The notes beneath the pieces were generated by a model. The model was not told where the DNA came from. It searched no databases and saw nothing but the letters and a program-made list of their open reading frames with translations. Of a DNA stretch of 13,794 bases, positions 7,374 through 13,794 are shown piece by piece (the first letter of the stretch is position 1; every line of letters starts with the position of its first letter). Source of the DNA: Octopus sinensis (lineage: Eukaryota); assembly GCF_006345805.1 (NCBI RefSeq), contig NW_021826102.1:1-13794 (forward strand). The letters run 5' to 3'. Position numbers and translations under genes: made by a program.

Positions 7374-7602
7374 GGAGGCGCAATGGCCTAGTGGTTAGGG
7401 CAGCGGACTTGCGGTCGGAGGATCGCGGTTTCGATTCCCAGACCGGGCGTTGTGTGTGTTTATTGAGCGAAAAAAACACCTAAAAGCTCCACGAGGCTCC
7501 GGCAGGAGGTGGTGATCCCTGCTGTACTCTTTCACCACTCTAAAGGTGGTGCTCCAGCATGGCCGCAGTCAAATGACTGAAACAATTACAAAAAAAAAAA
7601 AA
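7374..7602 (+). mobile_element. Chimeric tRNA-derived SINE: family A head (7374-7540) joined to a family B tail (7541-7602) with A13
   Basis: The head has A and B boxes. From 7541 the sequence TAAAGGTGGTGCTCCAGCATGGCCGCAGTCAAATGACTGAAAC matches the family B tails, not the family A 3' half seen at 2062-2192. Confidence 0.8.
7384..7438 (+). promoter_or_regulatory. Internal RNA polymerase III type-2 promoter (A and B boxes) of the SINE head
   Basis: A box TGGCCTAGTGG (7384-7394) fits TRGCNNARYGG exactly. B box GTTTCGATTCC (7428-7438) matches GGTTCGANNCC at 10 of 11 positions. Confidence 0.8.
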
Positions 7603-7677
7603 TATATATATTAATATATATATATATAGTTTAAATTTACAGAGAACACAAGATGACGACAGGTGTATAAACAACAA

Positions 7678-7679
<2 letters not shown>

Positions 7680-7710
<31 letters not shown>

Positions 7711-7745
7711 TGTATGTATGTATGTATGTATGTGTGTGTGTATGT

Positions 7746-7782
<37 letters not shown>

Positions 7783-7860
7783 TGTAGCGGTTCGGCAAAA
7801 TAGACCTATAGAATACACATGAAACTTTAAAATGAAACAAGTACTAGAGTCGATTCATTT
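7680..7860 (+). mobile_element. (TATG)n(TG)n tract followed by a SINE family B middle fragment
   Basis: AGCGGTTCGGCAAAATAGACCTATAGAATAC...AAGTACTAGAGTCGATTCATT at 7786-7860 is homologous to 1099-1135. Confidence 0.7.
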
Positions 7861-7890
7861 GTGCCCATCGTAGTTTTATTAAGCCGATTC

Positions 7891-7968
7891 ACTTGTGCCC
7901 AAGGAGCAACGCAGGAGATTGAACCTGTGAACACGAGGTTGGAGGCGAACTTGTTAATCACACAACAT
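7891..7968 (-). mobile_element. SINE family B head fragment, highly diverged
   Basis: Plus strand ACTTGTGCCCAAGGAGCAACGCAGGAGATTGAACC...TTAATCACACAAC parallels 13113-13198. Confidence 0.55.
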
Positions 7969-7991
7969 ACAATTCAATTAACTTATTGCTT

Positions 7992-8200
7992 AAGGCAACG
8001 AGCTGGCATAATCGTCAACACGCCGAGAAATAACGCTTAACGGCATTTCATTTGTCTTTACTCTCTGAGTTCAAATTCCGCCGAGGTCCACTTTGCCTTT
8101 CAGGGTCGATAAAATAGGCATCAGTTTAAAATTGGGGTCGATGTTATCAACCCTTCCCCCGAAATTGCTCCACTTGTCCCCAAATTTGAAATCAAATTAT
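7992..8200 (+). mobile_element. tRNA-derived SINE family C
   Basis: A-box-like TGGCATAATCG (8004-8014), B-box-like GAGTTCAAATTCC (8067-8079), then CCGAGGTCCACTTTGCCTTTCAGGGTCGATAAAAT...GGGGTCGAT...CTTGTCCCCAAATTTGAAATC. Reverse-complement homologues lie at 8390-9111. Confidence 0.85.
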
Positions 8201-8389
8201 GTTTTTGCTTGTAATTCTTCTTACTTCGTAACCGTCGCTGCTACGTTTAACATGATGAGCGACCACGTAATGGCAATCCATCTCTGGAGCTCTTCCTATT
8301 TTGGCCTATAAGGCCGGTTAGCAAGATTCCATGTTATACAAATGAATGAGACCACAGCATATTATTTCCTTGAATGAGTCTCCTGCCAG

Positions 8390-8580
8390 TTTCAAAGTTA
8401 AAGGATAACAATTTTGAGTGAGAGAAGACAGGCTGATTGCATCGATCCCTGTACTTGCCAGAATGAAACGGGATGTTGAATGCGGCAGGATTTGAACATA
8501 GAACATAGAGCTGGAAGAGAAATGAAGCTAAGCGTGTTACCCGATGTGCTAAAGACGCTGGCTGCCAGTGCATCGCCTTA
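8390..8580 (-). mobile_element. SINE family C copy 1 (minus), diverged with internal deletions
   Basis: CGGCAGGATTTGAAC...GCTAAG...CTGCCAG...CGCCTTA is the reverse complement of the family C head. Confidence 0.65.
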
Positions 8581-8604
8581 GTTCTAATGTATGGTTTAGT
8601 GGTA

Positions 8605-8745
8605 AATATTGATATCAAATTTTGGCACAAGGCCAGCAGGTTCAGACGAGCCCTTACATCCGTCATATTGACCCTCAGTGCTCAGCTGGTATTTAGTGTA
8701 TGGACCCCGAAAGAGATGAAAAGTAAAGTTCAACTCGGTGGAATT
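8605..8745 (-). mobile_element. SINE family C copy 2 (minus), 5'-truncated
   Basis: AAATTTTGGCACAAGGCCAGC...CAGCTGGTA...GACCCCGAAAG...CTCGGTGGAATT. Confidence 0.75.
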
Positions 8746-8757
8746 AGTTTAGTGATT

Positions 8758-8950
8758 AATATTGGTTTCAAGTTGGTCACAAATTTTGGCGCTGAGTCAG
8801 CAAGGGGCAGGGTCGATTTTACTGACCCATGTACTCAAACTGAACTTATGTTGTCGCCCCCAAATGGTGAAAGACAAATTCGACTTCAGCGGAATTTGAA
8901 CTCAGAGCGTTAAGACTGACGAAATACCGCAAACGATTCTGCCAGATCCC
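8758..8950 (-). mobile_element. SINE family C copy 3 (minus), head retained
   Basis: AATATTGGTTTCAA...GGGTCGAT...CAGCGGAATTTGAACTCAGAGCG...GACGAAATACCGC...ACGATTCTGCCAG. Confidence 0.8.
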
Positions 8951-8967
8951 TGAAGTATATTAATGAT

Positions 8968-9111
8968 AATAACGGTTTCAAATTTGGGCACAAGGCCAGC
9001 AATTTCGGGGAAGAAGTTTCGTCAGTTACTTCGAACTCAGTGCTCAACTGGTACTTAATTTATTGACCGCAAAAGGGATGAATCAAAGGCAAAGTCGACC
9101 CAGACGGGATT
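8968..9111 (-). mobile_element. SINE family C copy 4 (minus), 5'-truncated
   Basis: GGTTTCAAATTTGGGCACAAGGCCAGCAATTTCGGGG...CTCAACTGGTACTTA...AAAGGCAAAGTCGACC...GGGATT. Confidence 0.8.
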
Positions 9112-9245
9112 ATTTTAGCCGTGAATATTAATTGTAATTCTTCATTTGAGTTTACTGTTATGAGTTTCAATACAAAGATTATTTGTGTTTAAATTCGCCT
9201 GCCAAATTCACTATACATCCAATGAAGCATGTAATATACGACTAC

Positions 9246-9263
9246 ATCAAATATCACTATGGA
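9246..9263 (+). repeat. Left boundary direct repeat of the satellite
   Basis: ATCAAATATCACTATGGA, 16/18 identical to 12609-12626. Contains ATATCACTATG, the reverse complement of the monomer core CATAGTGATAT. Confidence 0.85.
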
Positions 9264-12200
9264 CGCAGAGTAATGTCATATAAAATATGGACGCATAGTG
9301 ATATCATATAAAATATGGACGCATAGTGATATATAAAATATGGACGCATAGTGATATCATATAAAATATGGACGCATAGTGATATATAAAATATGGACGC
9401 ATAGTGATATCATATAAAATATGGACGTATAGTGATATCATATAAAATATGGACGCATAGTGATGTCATATAAAATATGGACGCATAGTGATATATACAA
9501 TATGGACGCATAGTGATATATAAAACATGGACGCATAGTGATATCATATAAAATATGGACGCATAGTGATATCATATAAAATATGGACGCATAGTGATGT
9601 CATATAAAATATGGACGCATAGTGATATATAAAATATGGACGCATAGTGATATCATATAAAATATGGACGCATAGTGATATATAAAATATGGACGCATAG
9701 TGATATCATATATAATATGGACGCATAATGATATCATATAAAATATGGACGCATAGTGATATCATATAAAATATGGACGCATAGTGATGTCATATATAAT
9801 ATGGACGCATAGTGATGTCATATAAAATATGGACGCATAGTGATATCATATAAAATATGGACGCATAGTGATGTCATATAATATGAACGCATAGTGATGT
9901 CATATGAAATATGGACGCATAGTGATATATAAAAAATGGACGCATAGTGATGTCATATAAAATATGGACGCATAGTGATATCATATAAAATATGGACGCA
10001 TAGTGATATCATATAAAATATGGACGCATAGTGATATCATATAAAATATGGACGCATAGTGATGTCATATAATATGGCCGCATAGTGTTATCATATAAAA
10101 TATGGGCGCATAGTAATATCATATAAAATATGGACGCATAGTGATGTCATATATAATATGGACGCATAGTGATATCATATAAAATATGGACGCATAGTGA
10201 TGTCATAAAATATGGACGAATAGTGATATCATATAAAATATGGACGCAAAGTGATGTCATATATAATATGGACGCATAGTGATATTATATAAAATATGGA
10301 AGCATAGTGATATAATATATATGGACGCATAGTGATATATAAAATATGGACGCATAGTGATATCATATAAAATATGGACGCATAGTGATATCATATAAAA
10401 TATGGACGCATAGTGATGTCATATAAAATATGGACGCATAGTGATATATAAAATATGGACGCATAGTGATATATAAAATATGGACGCATAGTGATATCAT
10501 ATAAAATATGGACGCATAGTGATATCATATATAATATGGACGCATAGTGATGTCATATAAAATATGGATGCATAGTGATATATAAAATATGGACGCATAG
10601 TGATATCATATAAAATATGGACGCATAGTGATATCATATAAAATATGGACGCATAGTGATGTCATATATAATATGGAAGCATAGTGATGTCATATAAAAT
10701 ATGGACGCATAGTGATATCATATAAAATATGGACGCATAGTGATGTCATATAATATGAACGCATAATGATGTCATATAAAATATGGACGCATAGTGATGT
10801 CATATATAATATGGACGCATAGTGATATCATATAAAATATGGGCGCATAGTGATGTCATAAAATATGTACGCATAGTGATATCATATAAAATATGGACGG
10901 ATAGTGATATATAAAATATGGACGCATAGTGATATCATATAAAATATAGACGCATAGTGATGTCATATAAAAAATGGACGCATAGTGATATATAAAATAT
11001 GGACGAATAGTGATGTCATATAAAATATGGACGCATAGTGATATCATATAAAATATGGACGCATAGTGATATCATATAAAATATGGACGCATAGTGATAT
11101 CATATAAAATATGGACGCATAGTGATGTCATATAATATGGCCGCATAGTGATATCATATAAAATGTGGGCGCATAGTAATATCATATAAAATATGGACGC
11201 ATAGAGATGTCATATATAATATGGACGCATAGTGATATCATATAAAACATGGACGCATAGTGATGTCATAAAATATGTCCGCATAGTGATATCATATAAA
11301 ATATGGACGCAAAGTGATGTCATATAAAATATGGACGCATAGTGATATCATATAAAATATGGACGCATAGTGATATCATATAAAATATGGACGCATAGTG
11401 ATGTCATATAAAATATGGACGCATAGTGATATATAAAATATGGACGCATAGTGATATATAAAATATGGACGCATAGTGATATATAAAATATGGACGCATA
11501 GTGATATCATATAAAATATGGACGCATAGTGATGTCATATAAAATATGGACGCATAGTGATATATAAAATATGGACGCATAGTGATATCATATAAACTAT
11601 GGACGCATAGTGACATATAAAATATGGACGCATAGTGATATCATATATAATATGGACGCATAATGATATCATATAAAATATGGACGCATAGTGATATCAT
11701 ATAAAATATGGACGCATAGTGATATCATATATAATATGGACGCATAGTGATGTCATATAAAATATGGACGCATAGTGATGTCATATAAAATATGGACGCA
11801 TAGTGATATCATATAAAATATGGACGCATAGTGATGTCATATAATATGAACGCATAGTGATGTCATATAAAATATGGACGCATAGTGATGTCATATATAA
11901 TATGGACGCATAATGATATCATATAAAATATGGACGCATAGTGATATCATATAAAATATGGACGCATAGTGATGTTATATATAATAATGGACGCATAGTG
12001 ATATCATATAAAATATGGACGCATAGTGATGTCATAAAATATGGACGCATAGTGATATCATATAAAATATGGACGCATAGTGATATATAAAATATGGACG
12101 CATAGTGATATCATATAAAATATGGATGCATAGTGATGTCATATAAAATATGTACGCATAGTGATATATAAAATATGGACGAATAGTGATGTCATATAAA

Positions 12201-12608
12201 ATATGGACGCATAGTGATATCATATAAAATATGGACGCATAGTGATATCATATAAAATATGGACGCATTGTGATATCATATAAAATATGGACACATAGTG
12301 ATGTCATATGATATGGCCGCATAGTGATATCATATAAAATATGGGCGCATAGTAATATCATATAAAATATGGACGCATAGTGATGTCATATATGATATGG
12401 ACGCATAGTGATATCATATAAATTATGGACGCATAGTGATGTCATAAAATATGGACGCATAGTGATATCATATAAAATATGGACGCAAAGTGATGTCATA
12501 TAAAATATGGACGCATAGTGATATCATATATAATATGGACGCATAGTGATATCATATAAAATATGGACGGATGGTGATGTTATATCAAATAACGACGCAT
12601 AGTGATAT
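9258..12608. repeat. 3.35-kb tandem satellite/minisatellite, consensus ATATGGACGCATAGTGAT(A/G)TCATATAAA (28 bp) with 25-bp and 26-bp variants
   Basis: Head-to-tail monomers with no unique spacers; roughly 120-125 units, estimated from length rather than counted. The 25-mer is ATATGGACGCATAGTGATATATAAA. The first and last two units are the most diverged. Confidence 0.98.
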
Positions 12609-12626
12609 ATCAAACATCACTGTGGA
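12609..12626 (+). repeat. Right boundary direct repeat of the satellite
   Basis: ATCAAACATCACTGTGGA. ACATCACTGTG folds back on the last monomer core (12598-12608): 9 Watson-Crick pairs plus 1 G-T out of 11. Confidence 0.85.
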
Positions 12627-12825
12627 TAGTTCCATTTGCAAGCACGTGAGATTGTTTTGTGTAAGTCTTATCCTTTTACTATATGCCTACCTAATCTACA
12701 AAAAAAAACTAAAGTATATTTGCATTTTATTCATAGTAATCAGAGTAACCTTCAAAATTTTATTGAATTAGGTGCATATTTTGCCATAAAAGGAGAATGT
12801 TGCTATCGATCTATTTTATTCAAGG

Positions 12826-12865
12826 TAGGCACTGCCGATCAGTTGTCAAGTGATATTAGAGAATG

Positions 12866-12950
<85 letters not shown>

Positions 12951-12989
12951 ACACACACACACACACAAACATACACACACACATACACA

Positions 12990-13022
<33 letters not shown>

Positions 13023-13204
13023 CACCAAATATATATATATATATATGATGGGTTTCTTTTCAGTTTCCGTCGATGAAATCCACTTAGAAGGATTTTTGTC
13101 GGGTCGAGGCAATTGTAGAAGACACCTACGGTGCCGAGTAGTGAGACTGAACCTGGTAGCATGTGGTTGAAAAGCAAAGATATCTTACCACACAGCCACG
13201 CCTA
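12826..13204 (-). mobile_element. SINE family B with intact-looking head and a greatly expanded internal (TA)n(TG)n tract (12868-13047)
   Basis: Minus-strand A-box-like TGGCTGTGTGG (13188-13198), B-box-like GGTTCAGTCTC (13143-13153), GGAAACTGAAAAGAAACCC, the microsatellite, then ATCACTTGACAACTG. Same block order as 880-1233. Confidence 0.85.
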
Positions 13205-13351
13205 ATCGTAGGTTATCATTTAAAAGGTCGCTTCTGCCAATCCGGGTCACTTTTTAAAGTGATGAAAGGGCGGTGGATGTCGTCTCCATTTAGCAAAAGA
13301 TGTCGCCACATTACGGCTGTCAAAAGATTTATGAGTAGCAACATCAGAATT

Positions 13352-13430
13352 CACCGCCACAACCGCCACCACCACAACCGCCACCGCCACCGCCACCACC
13401 ACAACCGCCACCACCGCCACGTCATCACCC
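13352..13430. repeat. Degenerate (CCA/CCG/ACA)n G+C-rich triplet tract
   Basis: CACCGCCACAACCGCCACCACCACAACCGCCACCGCC read directly; source of the His/Arg-rich pseudo-ORF. Confidence 0.9.
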
Positions 13431-13539
13431 CAACTAGCATTAACATCACCATCTCTATGACTACAACAACAATATCAACAAAAATACTTGGATATTAAGA
13501 AGTATAGCTGCGATGAAATAAACAACGCCGACGGCGTGT

Positions 13540-13620
13540 TGTGTGTGTCTGTCTGTGCGTATGTATTACTATTTATATATATATTATATATATATAATAA
13601 TATATATATATATATATATA
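13540..13620. repeat. (TG)/(TA) microsatellite
   Basis: Read directly. Confidence 0.85.
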
Positions 13621-13794
13621 GCAGAGTTTACGAAAAAAAAAAAGACGAAGACAGTGGTTGTACAAAACAAACAGATGTATTAGTATAACGCTCAGGAATA
13701 GAAATATATATATATGCATGTATGTGTATACTTGGATACACGCTTTCTGTGAACAATACAACACACTATATTATTGAGAGATACATTTACACGC

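Noticed and set aside
7374-7445. tRNA gene
   Set aside because: A and B boxes are present, but there is no convincing acceptor or anticodon stem and it continues into SINE body sequence.
6982-7479. 165-aa ORF with silk/elastin-like (VGGVGA)7
   Set aside because: It runs through a SINE head, a microsatellite and the 18-bp minisatellite; no splice or codon evidence.
7851-7901. 17-nt direct repeat CGATTCA(T/C)TTGTGCCCA at a SINE-SINE junction
   Set aside because: Real, but most simply a local repair duplication; too small to interpret.
10856-12223. ORFs of 63-70 aa inside the satellite (MISLCVHILYDIT...)
   Set aside because: Read-through of tandem monomers; unit lengths of 28, 25 and 26 do not maintain a frame.
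9258-12608. CRISPR array (28-bp repeat with a palindromic TGATATCA)
   Set aside because: Monomers are directly adjacent with no unique spacers, there are no cas genes, and the context is eukaryotic.
13247-13262. TCACTTT-TT-AAAGTGA mini-palindrome, and AAAAAGG-TG-CCTTTTT at 2740-2755
   Set aside because: 7-bp A/T-rich arms are expected by chance.
13645-13703. Possible shared repeat fragment with 7650-7678 (GACAG..GT.TA.A.AACAAA)
   Set aside because: Similarity is too short and A-rich to call without a library search.

Overview
Eukaryotic, non-coding, very repeat-dense window. The tRNA-derived SINE families look like those I recall from Octopus genomes, so it is probably a coleoid cephalopod; this is recall, not a database search. 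I can support no intact host gene, RNA gene or CRISPR array, and most ORFs in the track are microsatellite read-throughs. Contents: (i) about 13 fragments of at least three tRNA-derived SINE families; (ii) a retroelement graveyard at about 2980-6050 with four decayed restriction-like-endonuclease (RLE) non-LTR fragments, two of them R4/Dong-like and stacked on one (AAC/AAT)n tract, plus a Penelope-like GIY-YIG remnant; (iii) a probable non-autonomous Helitron 3' end; (iv) many micro- and minisatellites; (v) a 115-nt fold-back at 1726-1840 with perfect 22-bp outer arms; (vi) a 3.35-kb tandem array (9258-12608) of 28/25/26-bp monomers with an approximately 1.1-kb higher-order period. The most interesting signal is at the array edges. 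It is bracketed by an 18-bp direct repeat that contains the reverse complement of the monomer core. This lets the monomer be derived by simple steps from a 31-bp palindromic ancestral unit still visible at both ends.
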